Both the position numbers and the translations under genes were made by a program. A stretch of 64,000 nucleotides of DNA from Bacteroidales bacterium (GTDB taxonomy: Bacteria > Bacteroidota > Bacteroidia > Bacteroidales > CG2-30-32-10). The stretch's first letter is position 1. Each line of letters opens with the position of its first letter. The notes under the pieces were generated by a model. The model was not told the DNA's origin and did not search any database. It saw only the letters and a program-made list of their open reading frames with translations. This document shows, piece by piece, positions 1-11,700 of the stretch. The DNA lies in contig DAOQAK010000011.1 of assembly GCA_035353855.1 (NCBI GenBank), forward strand, positions 10,406 through 74,405, in the 5' to 3' direction.

Positions 1-1126
1 ACCTTGTTTGATCGGTAAGCTTGTACCATATCGACAGATTATAATAAATACCAAGGCACATATTAGCCATAAGTAAAATAGGAACTACAGGAAGCCCTTC
101 ATAATATTCTTTCCCTACAAAATATTTTACTATATCAATATACATCATAACACCCAGAAAAATAAAGGTGCATACAATTACAAAATATTTCATCACATCG
201 GCATATACCTGTTTTGCATTTTCCTTTTTAGCCTGCGAGAAGAAAAATGGATCGGCAGCAAAACGAAATGATTGTATGAATAATGTCATGATAATAGAGA
301 TCTTATAACAAGCTCCGTATATCCCTACCTGGCTTAATGCAATGCTTTCGGGAAGCATATATTTCAAAAATATCCTGTCCATTGTTTCATTCACAATACC
401 GGCTAACCCTACTACCAGCAATGGCATCGAATATTTTATCATTTTTCTCCATAATTCATAATCGAAATAATAATTTATTCTGATCATTTCGGGTAACAAA
501 AGAAACATAACAATTGAACTTGATATAAGGTTGGAGATAAATACATACCCTACCCCTATTCTTCCACTATAAATAATATCAATGAAACCAGGCATTATTG
601 AATGCTTCAACATATAAGGACATAGTAAAATAAAAAATAAATTCAGCAGAACATTTGAAATGATCCCTATGATTTTTATGGTGGCAAAACGCTTAGCTTT
701 ATTCTGTGCCCTTAGTCTTGCAAAAGGAATGGTTGAAACAGCATCAAGTACTATGATTAGTGCAAACCAAATCACATATTCACTATGGTCAGGATAACGC
801 AAAACGTTTGCAACCGGATGCGCAAATATTATTGCCAATAATAAAAAAAATGAAGAAGTGGCTAATAACGAAATGAGTGATGTACTGTAAACTTTATTTT
901 TATCCTGCTCGGTCCCGAAAAACCGGAAGAAACCTGTTTCAAAACCATACGTGAGTATAACTATCAGTAATGAAACATAAGCATACATTTCGTTTACCGT
1001 ACCATATTCCGAAGTTTGAAATACTCTTGTATAAAAAGGAACCAGTAAATACGATATAACGCGGCCTATAATGCTGCTTAAACCATATACCGCAGTTTGT
1101 CCTGCTAACTGTTTTAACGGATTCAA
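1..1126 (-). CDS. Polysaccharide-biosynthesis / oligosaccharide flippase family membrane protein (MOP/Wzx-like); 3' end lies beyond window edge
   Basis: Uninterrupted minus-strand frame from position 1 to 1126. It is absent from the ORF track because it has no ATG and is truncated. An in-frame TAA lies at 1136-1138, so the likely start is TTG at 1126-1124. Translation begins LNPLKQLAGQTAVYGLSSIIGRVISYLLVPFYTRVF..., is multi-TM throughout, and has an N-terminus typical of Wzx-type flippases. Confidence 0.7.
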   Translation of the reverse strand, partial: MNPLKQLAGQTAVYGLSSIIGRVISYLLVPFYTRVFQTSEYGTVNEMYAYVSLLIVILTYGFETGFFRFFGTEQDKNKVYSTSLISLLATSSFFLLLAIIFAHPVANVLRYPDHSEYVIWFALIIVLDAVSTIPFARLRAQNKAKRFATIKIIGIISNVLLNLFFILLCPYMLKHSIMPGFIDIIYSGRIGVGYVFISNLISSSIVMFLLLPEMIRINYYFDYELWRKMIKYSMPLLVVGLAGIVNETMDRIFLKYMLPESIALSQVGIYGACYKISIIMTLFIQSFRFAADPFFFSQAKKENAKQVYADVMKYFVIVCTFIFLGVMMYIDIVKYFVGKEYYEGLPVVPILLMANMCLGIYYNLSIWYKLTDQTR

Positions 1127-1226
1127 AATATTATATTATTCTGCAAAAGTACATTTTTCTGAAGAATGTTGATAATAACGAAATCTGAAATATAATATTT
1201 TAATTTATTAAGAAGGAATGAATAAT

Positions 1227-4200
1227 TTAATCTTCGATACCCGGCAGCTCAATATAAAAAGTAGTCCCAGTATTTTTCTTCGATTCAAACCATATTTTCC
1301 CGTTATAACTTTCTATGATGCTTTTAACCATGGCCAATCCAAGTCCGGTGCCACCTGTTTTTGTTGTAAAATTTGGAGAAAAGATTTTATTTTTTTCAGC
1401 ATCAGAAATCCCTTTACCATTATCGGTAATTTCTATCAAATAAAAATTCTTATTATCCGAAAGCCGGATATCAATAATACCATTTTTCCCTTCAACTGCT
1501 TGTACTGAATTTTTTATCAGGTTATTCAAAACCCTAATAATTTGTGATTTATCAACATTCACCAAATAAGGCTTTCCGGGTTTGATAAAATTTATTGTTA
1601 CTTTATAATCGCTATAAAGTGAAACCGAATTTTCAATAAGCTTTGATAAATCAATGATTTCCTTTACAGCCTTGGGCATTTTTGCAAAGTCTGAAAATTC
1701 CGTAGCAATTTTGTTTAATGATTCTATCTGCTCGATCATTGATTGTGTAAAGCGATTCAGCCGTTCGTTCCAATCAGGTGATTTATCATTCCATGATTTT
1801 TGTAATTGCTGAACATTAAGTTTCATAGGTGTTAGCGGATTTTTTATTTCATGCGCAATTTGTTTTGCCATTTCGCGCCAGGCGCTTTCACGCTCCGATT
1901 TTGCCAGCATTTCAGCGCTCTCTGCCAACTCATCAACCATCCTGTTATATTCATTTATAAGACTACCTATCTCATCATTTCGTTCAATATCAATTTTCTC
2001 ATTTCTTTTGCCTAATTTGATCTGGCTAAGTTTTTCCATGATAAATTTCATTGGCCGTGTAATGTAATTCGCTACAAGCAGGGCAATAATAACAGCAAGC
2101 GCTGTAAGCATTACATTAATATTGATGAATGTTGTAAAGAAAGCCGAAATTTCTTTTTTCATCTCGCTTTGCTTAGCAAAATAAGGCAGATTGATATAAC
2201 CTGTTAATTTATTATCATTATTTCGGAATGGAACATATGCTGATAAATATTTTAAATTCCCTATATTTTCATTATGAATATAAAATGTATTTTTATTTTT
2301 TGATAATTCAATAAAAGCTTTTGAATCCATACGTTTCGATAGCATTCCTTCATCAAAAACCTGGGGACGCGATGAGGCTAATAGTATGCCATCGGGAGTA
2401 TAGAAATTTATATCTGTAAAAAATATATTTGAAAATTTGGTAAGCAAATCCGCTGTGAATTCTTTTGAATCATTCGTAACTTCAGGTAAAGAGCCAAGCT
2501 TGTTTTCTGTCTCAATTAATATAGAATGTGCTTTCTCGCTTAAACTATCGAAATTTTTCTTGTTATAAATATTTATAATATAATATAATGTTGTAATACC
2601 TATTACTGCAAAGGAAAACACCAAAATAGAAACCATCGATATCTGTACCCTGGCTTTAAAATTTAAATTGATTTCTTTTTTCTTCAATGGAAAATGAAGC
2701 AGAAAAAGAAAGACCAAAATACAAATGCAATAGAAAATAAAAATATAGGAAAAGGGTGCAATGATATACAAAAGCGATTCACTTTTTTTACTGATGATAA
2801 TAATTGTTGTGGCATCCGATTTATAGAAAAGATGGTCATACCCATCTCTTTCAACAAAAAGATATTCATTTTCGGAAAGCTTATAATTATATGAGGTCAG
2901 GCTATAATAGTACTTTCCATATTGTAATACCAGTTCGTTATTTTTATATTTTGCATATGAATAATTAAACAAATCCCTGTTTATTTTTATGTCTTTATCT
3001 ATAAGCAATTCGGGGTAACCTAATTCCTTAGGAACAAATTTTGAATATAATTCAATATAGCAAACCGGTTTGACAATACTATCGTTTTGGGGATCTTTAA
3101 AGAAAATTTTCGCTATATAGCTGTTACGTCCGGTACCTGTACTTAATAAAAATAAATTGTCGTTAACTGTAGGCTGACCCGAATTATTTATCATTTCATT
3201 AAAAAACGAATCACACCCAACACTAATGTTATCAGGCTTTATCAACAATACCTGCTTGGGTTTACATACAGTTACCTGGAAATCATATTTCGACCAATAT
3301 CCTTTAAAATAATTTTGATTAATTATTTCTGTAATCTTAGACTCATCAGGTTCCGGGGTATTTAAAATCTTTACGATATCCGTATCCGATTTAATATTTT
3401 CTTCAAGATTTTTAAATAAGAATTCTGCTATTGGGTCTTGCTCTATTGATAATTGCGATGCCAGTAATTTTCGTTTTTCTTTTTCTTTATATGTTGAATA
3501 TTCGTAATAACAATAAGTAGAAAGAAAAGAAAGCAACATGATATATATTGCTACAGCCTGAATTGTAAATTTAAAATTATCTTTTTTTATGTAATATCCA
3601 ATTGATACCAGTAATGCTATAACAAGAATAAAATATATCCAGCCTATATTAAATGAATAAAAATTAATTATTCCTGATACAATTACAGATATAAATAAGC
3701 ACAGAAAATGTTTATAAATATTATTATTAAATAGCTGATATGATAATTCGGAAAATAAATATGCAATTAAAAAGAATGATAACAATAAAATAGCTATTAT
3801 TAAAAAGCCTGAAATGCTATAATAATCAAGCCCAAAAATATTATTTAAATCAAATGATAGATTTGAATTGATAATCAAACCTTTAAATATGTTAAAAATT
3901 ATAAAAAATACGAATAATACAAAGCTTAACATAATAAAAGAAATAATGCCTCTATAAAAATTATTGCTTTTATTTATTTTAATATTTCTTAAATTATTGA
4001 ATATAAATATAATAACAATAGAAAAAGTTGAAATATGAAGAAACAAATCGCCTAATGAAGGGAAAAATAATGAATCGGCGTAATATTTTGGTCCAAAGGA
4101 ATCAAGATTATAAATTATAGATGGTATTTTATAAACAAACGATAAATAGCGGATAAAACAAATTGCCAAAGAAACTAATACCGTCCATAATACAATATTC

Positions 4201-4904
4201 TTTTTGTAAAATTTTGTAAAAAATTTTTGTAAAAAAAGTATTAAAAAAGAAATAAATGAAATATAAGCAAGGATATAACTTAAGAACATTATGAATTCCA
4301 ATCCTTTTGGAAAATCTTTTGTCTTAGCAAAAACCAATGAACATAGCAGGTTTCCATCAACAGAAAAAATATTATACTCCCCCTCTACTAAATCTATCTC
4401 ACATTCGGGCATATTATAATCTTCCAGGAAACCATTTACTAAATATTCATTCCTGTAACGATAATCATTTTTAATAACTATCGCTCCTCTTATAACATAA
4501 TCCTTGTATCTTTTTTCTTTTACTTCATACCATCCGTTGCTTAATTTCACAATCTGGGAAACAGGTAATGAATCTGCTCTTAAATCTTCAACAGGAACCG
4601 AATTAGTTGACCAAAAAATAACAGAATCCTTTTTTGAAATAACTAAAGCGATATCATTCTCTTCGTAAAAACTCCTGTAATAATTATAATCAAAAGCCTG
4701 TTGTTTATTGCTGTCTTTCAACTGCTGCAATGACTTATCAAATAATGTATTTAATAATTTTTCTTTTTTATTTAAAATTTCCGAAAATTCATCAGCTTTA
4801 ACTTTATAATTAATTTCCTTTCCCTTACTTGAATTGATTGTCAATACCAAAGCAAATGAAATTACAAACAGAAACAAGAAGAAATATATTCGGAAATTTT
4901 TCAT
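1227..4904 (-). CDS. Large membrane sensor histidine kinase (multi-TM N-terminal block, extracytoplasmic domains, HAMP, HisKA, HATPase_c)
   Basis: 1225-aa ORF. H-box AHEIKNPLTPM, N-box NLIKNSVQA, G-boxes DNGKGI and GGTGLGLAMV. Many hydrophobic helices between about aa 200 and 470. No adjacent response regulator. Confidence 0.9.
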   Translation of the reverse strand: MKNFRIYFFLFLFVISFALVLTINSSKGKEINYKVKADEFSEILNKKEKLLNTLFDKSLQQLKDSNKQQAFDYNYYRSFYEENDIALVISKKDSVIFWSTNSVPVEDLRADSLPVSQIVKLSNGWYEVKEKRYKDYVIRGAIVIKNDYRYRNEYLVNGFLEDYNMPECEIDLVEGEYNIFSVDGNLLCSLVFAKTKDFPKGLEFIMFLSYILAYISFISFLILFLQKFFTKFYKKNIVLWTVLVSLAICFIRYLSFVYKIPSIIYNLDSFGPKYYADSLFFPSLGDLFLHISTFSIVIIFIFNNLRNIKINKSNNFYRGIISFIMLSFVLFVFFIIFNIFKGLIINSNLSFDLNNIFGLDYYSISGFLIIAILLLSFFLIAYLFSELSYQLFNNNIYKHFLCLFISVIVSGIINFYSFNIGWIYFILVIALLVSIGYYIKKDNFKFTIQAVAIYIMLLSFLSTYCYYEYSTYKEKEKRKLLASQLSIEQDPIAEFLFKNLEENIKSDTDIVKILNTPEPDESKITEIINQNYFKGYWSKYDFQVTVCKPKQVLLIKPDNISVGCDSFFNEMINNSGQPTVNDNLFLLSTGTGRNSYIAKIFFKDPQNDSIVKPVCYIELYSKFVPKELGYPELLIDKDIKINRDLFNYSYAKYKNNELVLQYGKYYYSLTSYNYKLSENEYLFVERDGYDHLFYKSDATTIIIISKKSESLLYIIAPFSYIFIFYCICILVFLFLLHFPLKKKEINLNFKARVQISMVSILVFSFAVIGITTLYYIINIYNKKNFDSLSEKAHSILIETENKLGSLPEVTNDSKEFTADLLTKFSNIFFTDINFYTPDGILLASSRPQVFDEGMLSKRMDSKAFIELSKNKNTFYIHNENIGNLKYLSAYVPFRNNDNKLTGYINLPYFAKQSEMKKEISAFFTTFININVMLTALAVIIALLVANYITRPMKFIMEKLSQIKLGKRNEKIDIERNDEIGSLINEYNRMVDELAESAEMLAKSERESAWREMAKQIAHEIKNPLTPMKLNVQQLQKSWNDKSPDWNERLNRFTQSMIEQIESLNKIATEFSDFAKMPKAVKEIIDLSKLIENSVSLYSDYKVTINFIKPGKPYLVNVDKSQIIRVLNNLIKNSVQAVEGKNGIIDIRLSDNKNFYLIEITDNGKGISDAEKNKIFSPNFTTKTGGTGLGLAMVKSIIESYNGKIWFESKKNTGTTFYIELPGIED

Positions 4905-4960
4905 TTTTCAGAGTTTAGAATATCTCTGTATTAAATATAAAATTACAAAAACCTTCTCAA

Positions 4961-5854
4961 TTAAAATGCATTATCTTTTTTTAAAACATAAATTTGGCTA
5001 GAGTAAGAATACTTTTTACTTTTTGCTTTTTTATTAGATAAGTAACCTGTTATAAAACCTTTTATTATGCTTTGTTTCCCGGTCTTATATTTTTCACTAA
5101 GCATACTAACATAATAAGAATCAAATTTCATAGGTAATTTTTTAACAATAGAGAATCCGTGTTTATTAAAAATTTTCTCTAAAGTTATTGGAGTAAAGTG
5201 ATATAAATGCCTTGGAACATCATAAGCTGCCCAATATTCTTTATAATAACCTGCATCGAATGAATCGCAATGCGGGACAGCAACAAATAAAAAACCTTCA
5301 GGTGTTAGTATTCTTTTTAATTCTTTGATTCGTGTATTTAAATCCGGAACATGTTCTAAAACATGCCAAAGTGTAATATTATCAAATGAATCATTGTGTA
5401 ATGTACTTATTTGAACTTCATCAATTACATCAATATTATATTGGTTTTTTGCAAAATTTCGAGCTTCTTCATTAGGCTCTAACCCTAGTGTTTTCCAGTT
5501 ATTTTTTTTAAATAATGAAAGTAATTCTCCGCTTGCACAACCAATATCCAACACATTCTTTTTCTTGGAAAAAGAATTTATAAGTTTATATTTTTTATTA
5601 TGAGTATGCTGTCTGACTATTTTATATATTTTATTTATAATTCCTTTTTCGGTTCCTGAATGCGATATATAATCGGGCGAATTATAATATTGTCCGAGTT
5701 TGTAATTTTCAGGGCGAGGGTTTATAAAAATAAAGTCACATTTATTACATTTTACAAGATTAAATTTTTCTTTTGTAAGGAAAAAATCCGTACAAATCAT
5801 ATAATCTAAAAATTCAGTGTTTTCACAAACCGGACAATTATTTATTTTTTCCAT
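4961..5854 (-). CDS. Class I SAM-dependent methyltransferase with N-terminal zinc-ribbon
   Basis: SAM motif I VLDIGCASGELL. N-terminal CPVC...CNKC cysteine pairs. 297 aa. Confidence 0.8.
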   Translation of the reverse strand: MEKINNCPVCENTEFLDYMICTDFFLTKEKFNLVKCNKCDFIFINPRPENYKLGQYYNSPDYISHSGTEKGIINKIYKIVRQHTHNKKYKLINSFSKKKNVLDIGCASGELLSLFKKNNWKTLGLEPNEEARNFAKNQYNIDVIDEVQISTLHNDSFDNITLWHVLEHVPDLNTRIKELKRILTPEGFLFVAVPHCDSFDAGYYKEYWAAYDVPRHLYHFTPITLEKIFNKHGFSIVKKLPMKFDSYYVSMLSEKYKTGKQSIIKGFITGYLSNKKAKSKKYSYSSQIYVLKKDNAF

Positions 5855-5863
5855 TTTTAATTT

Positions 5864-5879
5864 TGTTTCACGTGAAACA
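5864..5879. repeat. 16-bp perfect palindrome TGTTTCACGTGAAACA (copy 1)
   Basis: Read directly. Lies between the mnmG stop and the methyltransferase start, 9 nt upstream of the ATG at 5854 on the coding strand. Confidence 0.9.
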
Positions 5880-5889
5880 TTTTTCAGAA

Positions 5890-7767
5890 TTATCTTTTAA
5901 AATGAACTAATAAAACAGAAATATCTGAAGGAGACACTCCACTAATTCTTGATGCCTGACCTATTGTAGAAGGTTTAATTTTTGAAAGTTTTTCCCTGGC
6001 CTCACTTGAAAGCGATTTTAGTTTATGATAATCAAAATCCTTAGGTAATTCTATGTTTTCAAGTCTTGTTATTTTTTCCGCAATATCTTTTTCTTTCTCA
6101 ATATAACCTTCGTATTTTATAAGAATTTCAGCTTCTTCCAGAATTTCATTCTTCTCTTTTCCTAAATCTAAATCTTCAACAAAAATTCTAAAAGAAAAAA
6201 CATGTTTTTCAATTTCATTGATATTTATCTGAGGTCTCAATAAAATATTTCCAATTTTAGTCTTATGAGAGATATTATTGGTTTCTTTTTCTTTTAATAA
6301 TGTATTTATTTCATCAGGGCTGGTACTTTCTTTTTTTAGAAATGATATTATATTATCAATATTATTTCTTTTATCAATAAGTTTATCTAAACGCTTTTTC
6401 TCATTTAATCCTAACTCAAATCCTTTAGGAGTCAACCTTAAATCAGCATTATCCTGACGTAATAAAATTCTGTATTCCGCCCTGGAAGTAAACATCCGGT
6501 ATGGTTCTGAAGTTCCTTTAGTAACCAAATCATCAATAAGAACTCCAATATATGCTTCTGATCTTTTTAATATAAATTTATTTTGATTATTTATTTTTCT
6601 GACCGCATTTATACCTGCCATCAACCCTTGGCAAGCTGCTTCTTCATATCCGGTAGTTCCATTAATTTGCCCGGCAAAAAATAAATTTTCGATTACTTTA
6701 CTTTCTAAATTCTGGTATAATTGAGTAGGAGGGAAGAAATCGTATTCAATAGCATAACCCGGTCTGAAAATTTTAACATTTTCAAATCCACTTATTTTTT
6801 TCAAAGCTTCGTACTGAATTTCTTCGGGCAACGAAGAGGAAAAACCATTAATATAATATTCAACTGTATTCCAACCTTCGGGTTCAATAAAAAGCTGATG
6901 TCGATTTTTATCAGAAAATCGCTCAACTTTATCTTCAATTGAAGGGCAATAACGTGGACCTATTCCTTTTATTCTTCCCACAAACAATGGAGAACGATCA
7001 AATCCTTTTCTCAAAATATCATGAACTTCAGTGCTTGTATAAACCAAATAACATGAACGTTGCTTTTTTAAAAAAGGAGTATTTGTGAAAGAAAATTTTC
7101 CGGGTTCATCATCACCTTTTTGTTCGGTCATTTTTGTAAAATCCAGCGAACGGCCGTCTACTCTTACCGGTGTTCCGGTTTTCATACGGTCGCTTTTGAT
7201 TCCTAATTTCACCAGACATTCTGTTAGCCCTTTTGAATTTACCTCCCCGTAACGACCACCTTTAAACTGCTTTTCACCAATATGAATAATACCGTTTAAA
7301 AAAGTTCCGTTTGTTAGAATAACAGTTTTAGATTTTATTGTAATTCCTAAGCTTGTTTTTACTCCAACAATTTTCTCATTCTTGACTATAATATCGGTAA
7401 TTGTATCTTGCCAGAAATCAAGATTAGGGATTTTTTCTAATTCATTTCTCCATTCAATGGAAAATAATGTTCTGTCACTTTGTGCACGTGGACTCCACAT
7501 AGCAGGTCCTTTTGAACGGTTCAGCATTCGGAATTGAATCATCGTTCTATCGGTAACGATAGCCGATAAACCTCCAAGTGCATCAATTTCTCTAACTATT
7601 TGTCCTTTTGCAACACCCCCCATTGCCGGGTTACACGACATCTGAGCCATATTGGTCATATTCATAGTAACCAGCAAAACTGTAGCATTCATTCTTGCTG
7701 CTGCACTTGCTGCTTCACAACCGGCATGACCGGCGCCCACTACTATAACATCATATTCCTGAAGCAT
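5890..7767 (-). CDS. mnmG: tRNA uridine-5-carboxymethylaminomethyl(34) synthesis enzyme MnmG (GidA)
   Basis: 625 aa. N-terminal FAD motif [15 protein letters not shown]. Full-length resemblance to GidA, including C-terminal [18 protein letters not shown]. Confidence 0.97.
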   Translation of the reverse strand: MLQEYDVIVVGAGHAGCEAASAAARMNATVLLVTMNMTNMAQMSCNPAMGGVAKGQIVREIDALGGLSAIVTDRTMIQFRMLNRSKGPAMWSPRAQSDRTLFSIEWRNELEKIPNLDFWQDTITDIIVKNEKIVGVKTSLGITIKSKTVILTNGTFLNGIIHIGEKQFKGGRYGEVNSKGLTECLVKLGIKSDRMKTGTPVRVDGRSLDFTKMTEQKGDDEPGKFSFTNTPFLKKQRSCYLVYTSTEVHDILRKGFDRSPLFVGRIKGIGPRYCPSIEDKVERFSDKNRHQLFIEPEGWNTVEYYINGFSSSLPEEIQYEALKKISGFENVKIFRPGYAIEYDFFPPTQLYQNLESKVIENLFFAGQINGTTGYEEAACQGLMAGINAVRKINNQNKFILKRSEAYIGVLIDDLVTKGTSEPYRMFTSRAEYRILLRQDNADLRLTPKGFELGLNEKKRLDKLIDKRNNIDNIISFLKKESTSPDEINTLLKEKETNNISHKTKIGNILLRPQININEIEKHVFSFRIFVEDLDLGKEKNEILEEAEILIKYEGYIEKEKDIAEKITRLENIELPKDFDYHKLKSLSSEAREKLSKIKPSTIGQASRISGVSPSDISVLLVHFKR

Positions 7768-7775
7768 AAGTTTAA

Positions 7776-7797
7776 AATTGTTTCACGTGAAACAATT
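7776..7797. repeat. 22-bp perfect palindrome AATTGTTTCACGTGAAACAATT containing the same 16-mer (copy 2, 7779-7794)
   Basis: Read directly. Lies between the ybeY stop (7796-7798) and the mnmG start (7767). The 16-mer core ends 11 nt upstream of the mnmG ATG. Confidence 0.9.
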
Positions 7798-8230
7798 ATT
7801 TCATTAATTGATATATTGTTTTTAAGTGAATATCTTCTTTCTTAGTCATTATCAGCTTCTTAGACTTTGTTTTATCTGAATATCCTGATAAATGAAGCGT
7901 TCCATGAGCCATCACTCTATACAGCTCATTTAAAAATGTTGTTTTCATTTTTACCGCATTCTCTTCAATTCTTTCAATACTTATATAAATATCACCGGAA
8001 ACAATTTCATTTTCAGAATAATCAAAAGCAATTACATCTGTATAAGTGTCTCTATTTAAATATTTTATATTAATTTCATGTAAATATGAATCACTACAAA
8101 AGATGAAACAAAGCATTCCTGCTTTTTTATTCTCACTTTTGATAATAGATTTTACCCAAGCAGAAATAATACTTTTATTTTTTAATCTGAAAGCAGTGTC
8201 TTCGAAAAAATAATTTACGGATACTCGCAT
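7796..8230 (-). CDS. ybeY: rRNA maturation RNase YbeY
   Basis: 144 aa. Metal-binding motif HGTLHLSGYSD (H-x3-H-x5-D/H). Confidence 0.9.
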   Translation of the reverse strand: MRVSVNYFFEDTAFRLKNKSIISAWVKSIIKSENKKAGMLCFIFCSDSYLHEINIKYLNRDTYTDVIAFDYSENEIVSGDIYISIERIEENAVKMKTTFLNELYRVMAHGTLHLSGYSDKTKSKKLIMTKKEDIHLKTIYQLMK

Positions 8231-8251
8231 GAATCCGGATTAAAGAAAATT

Positions 8252-8758
8252 TTAATTTATGGTATTATTATGAGAAGAGGAAGTTTCTTTAATACCACAA
8301 TATTTTTTCAATAGATTCATCCTTTCAACAGCTAATTCATGGTTAATGCTGGAAATTTTAAAAATTATTTCAACACGGGAACCATTATCTGTAAAATGAA
8401 CTTCATCAGCAAGATTCCTGATAAGGAAAATACCTCGTCCTTTTAATTCGTTTGCATCTATATTAAGGTCGGTAGGGTCGGGGATAGTGTTAATGTCAAA
8501 ACCTTTACCTTCATCTTTTATTACAAATGATAATCCATCGGGTTTTGATGTAAATATTATTTGTACTGTTTTGGAAGAATCTTTTGCATTGCCATGATTC
8601 ATCGCATTTTCAACCGCTTCGGTTAAGGCAACAAGAATATTTCCAAAATATGTATTATTTATATTAAACTCATCACAAATATCCTCCACAAATTTTTCAA
8701 CTTTGTGAATATTTTCAGGTAATGAGGTTAATATAAGTTCTAAACGTTCGTTGATCAT
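8252..8758 (-). CDS. ATP-binding protein, RsbW/SpoIIAB-like anti-sigma serine kinase fold (HATPase_c_2)
   Basis: 168 aa. N-box-like TEAVENAMNHGN, DEGKGFD (G1) and GRGIFLI (G2). No STAS partner gene nearby. Confidence 0.7.
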   Translation of the reverse strand: MINERLELILTSLPENIHKVEKFVEDICDEFNINNTYFGNILVALTEAVENAMNHGNAKDSSKTVQIIFTSKPDGLSFVIKDEGKGFDINTIPDPTDLNIDANELKGRGIFLIRNLADEVHFTDNGSRVEIIFKISSINHELAVERMNLLKKYCGIKETSSSHNNTIN

Positions 8759-8767
8759 ATTTAAATC

Positions 8768-11700
8768 CTATTTCACAAAGTTATAAAAATATTCATTCAC
8801 TTTGTTTTTATAAAAACTTTTTAATGAAGGAGGTATGGTTTTTAATAACTCAACTTCTTTCAACTTTATACTGTTATACTTAAAAAAGTCGGTAGGGTTA
8901 CTATAATTTTGATTTTTTGCTTCGTTTGATTCTCTTTTTTCGTCCAATTCTCTTTCTTTTTCAGCCTTTTCCGACTCAAGAAGACGTGTTAAAATTTCTT
9001 TTTGACGCTCAATTGTTTCCCCGGAAAGTATTTTATTTACTAAATCGGTCTCCGTTTCTTCCATTTTATCCATAAGCTTATTAAGGTTACCGGTATTCGT
9101 ATTTCCTTCTTCTTTTAACTGTTCGGCTAACTCTTGCAACTGGCGGCGTAATGCTTCCTGTTGGGCGGCTAATTTAGCCAATTGTTCACTCATTGATTTA
9201 TTCCCATCTTTACCATTTGGATTCGTTCCATTTTTTAAATTTTCCATGGATTTATTTAATTGTTCCTGGAGTTGCCTTATTGATTTAAATGATGGTTTCC
9301 CATTTCCTGGTTTTTTACAACTACCCGGTTTTGAACAACTTCCTGATTTTTGCTCCATCATTTGTTTCTGCATAGCGCTTAATGTTTCAGAAAGCATTAA
9401 GGCTAAATTATTTATAGATGTCATTGCCGATTGTTGCTTTGATTTTGCTGTACTTGTATTTCGTAGATTTAGTTGAGTTATGGCATTTTTAACATTATCA
9501 TTTATTTCCGATATTTCCTGGTTTACAAATGATTCAATCTGGCTCTGACGTTTACTTAATGCGAAAAGCGAATCTTCAATCATTTGTATATCATCTTTCA
9601 GGTTTTTTTGCTGTTGAATTAAAGTATTGTATTGGGGATCAGAAGTTTTTACTTCGCCAAGCTGATTAATCAAATCTTCCTGATCAAAAGATGCTTTTAT
9701 TAAATTTTCAAGAATATCGCGTAATGTATTAATATCTTCGCCTTCTTTTTCTTCCTGCATTTCTTCCTGCATTTGCTCCATTTTATCGGCAAGTTCCTGC
9801 ATTTGCTCAGCTGCATTTTTTTGCGATTCTGAAGCTTTCTTATTTTTATTATTATTCAGGTTATTCATGCTGTTTTGCATTTCCTGCTGAATACTGTTTT
9901 CTTCAGTATCTGTTTTTTCAAGATTGTTTGGATTTTCGAGGTTCTCATTCTTTTTTTGCAAACTATCCATATCTTTTCTGACATCCTGAAACTCTTTATT
10001 TAATTCACTTTGCTCGTTTTTTAATTGTTCATTCTTATCCGAATTTGCTTTTTCTGTTTTCTGCGATAAATCTTTTTGCTTTTCAGAAAGCTCATTAAGT
10101 TTTTCAATGGTTTCATTTAATTGCTTTTCAAATTCAAGTTGCTTGAAAAGCTCCAGGTTACGGTCGAGTTGTTTTTCAAGGTCTTTACTCGAAAGCTTCA
10201 TTTTATCAAGCATATCGCTTACCTTATCTTTATCCAGTTTATCAAGCATATCCTGAATTTTCTTGAAAAGCTCTTTCATCTCATCGGTCATCAATTCATT
10301 AAAAAGCTTATTGAGTTCTTCCTGCTTTTTTAAAAGATCTGTATTGTCCTTTTGATATTGTTCTTCGAGACTACTTTTTTTAAGATTCTCCTTTTGAATA
10401 AGGTCAACTTTGTTCTGAAGGTTTTTCTGCAGATCAAGAATATCCTGAAGTTGCTTCTTTTCCTGCCAGGTAAGCGTTTTTTTATCGACCAGGTCCTTGC
10501 TGAATTTTTCAATTTGTTTCTGAAGTTTTTTTGCTTCGGTAATTGATTCGGTAAGTTCGTTTTTAATTTGTTCGTTCGATTCCTCTGTCTTTTTTTCAAG
10601 TTCTTCCTTTGATGGAAGCTTATATATCAATTTTTGCGAGCGTGTTGATTTGCTACCATTAACTCCATCGTTATCCCATACTTCAAAATAATATTCAAAT
10701 TCATCACCGGGTTCGGTTGCAATATCACTGAAATCGTAATAAAAATAGAACTCCTGCTGAGTAATAGAATTGTTAATCTTTACTGATTTTATTTCCGATC
10801 TTTTTGTTATAAGAGAATCTGCACAATTTAGCTTCCTGTAATTAAATGTAAGCCCACGGAAACCATAATCATCTTTGATCATTCCTTTATAATAACGCTG
10901 ATTCTTATTAATAGAATCGCTGTATTCAACAACTTTTACAGTAGGATAAGCGTCAGCAATTACATTTATTGAATAAGTTAATGAATCGTTATTCTTCAGG
11001 AAATTATTAGCCGGAATAATTGAATAATTCTGACTGTTTTTAAAAACTTCAGTATAAGAAAAACTATTTTCTGATTTATTTTGAGTATTTATAGTTTTAT
11101 CCTTGAACCGAAGCTTCATTTCTTTGGTATCTCTGGTTAAAAAATGCCATTTAATCTGAGTTCCTTCGGGAATAATCAGATCACCTGTATTTATAAGGGA
11201 TTCATCCTGTTTATCCAAATAAGAAGGATAAACAAGCGTTACATCAAAATTTAATATGATAGGCTTGGGGATTACTACTATTTCATATTCTTTGGAATAA
11301 TATTTATCAGCAAATAGCTGAAATTTTTGATCTTTCTGAAGATTCTTGAAATTATAATGAAAGTTAACCGTATTATCTTTTGTAAGCTGGTACTCGTTTC
11401 CATTAATTTCAACAAAAACATTTTCGGGAATTTCGTCACCGGTAATTTTTACGCTCAGAAGAAAATCTTCCTGCTGAATTGCCTGCATTGATTTATTCTG
11501 TATCGCAAACTGAAAAGGCGCTTCACGTTCAAAGTAAGTTCCATGGTGTATGATCCTGTTAGTAGGCGCAGTAATCAGTCCGGGAGCGGCAATAATCATG
11601 AAAAGCAGCAATAACAAAGGAATTCCGGCATACTTTATATACTTCCTGTTTTTTTTCAAATCGATAGCAATAGGAAATGGAACAGGACTTAATTGCTCTA

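Noticed and set aside
1218-1508. Antisense or alternative-frame ORFs in the supplied track. Examples: 1218-1508+, 2684-2869-, 6721-6942+, 7600-7845+, 9246-9476+, 10121-10599 both strands, 12432-13055-, 16143-16502+, 26251-26658+, 29628-29982-, 42025-42947-, 53647-54261-, 62886-63164-.
   Set aside because: Each lies wholly inside a longer ORF on the other strand or frame that has clear family motifs. Their translations are low-complexity or Cys/Phe-rich, as expected for shadow ORFs in AT-rich DNA.
9300-10600. Apparent internal repetitiveness of the DUF4175-like gene, examined for tandem DNA repeats or a hidden mobile element.
   Set aside because: The periodicity is at the amino-acid composition level (K/E/Q/L coiled coil). 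No exact DNA repeats were found by eye.
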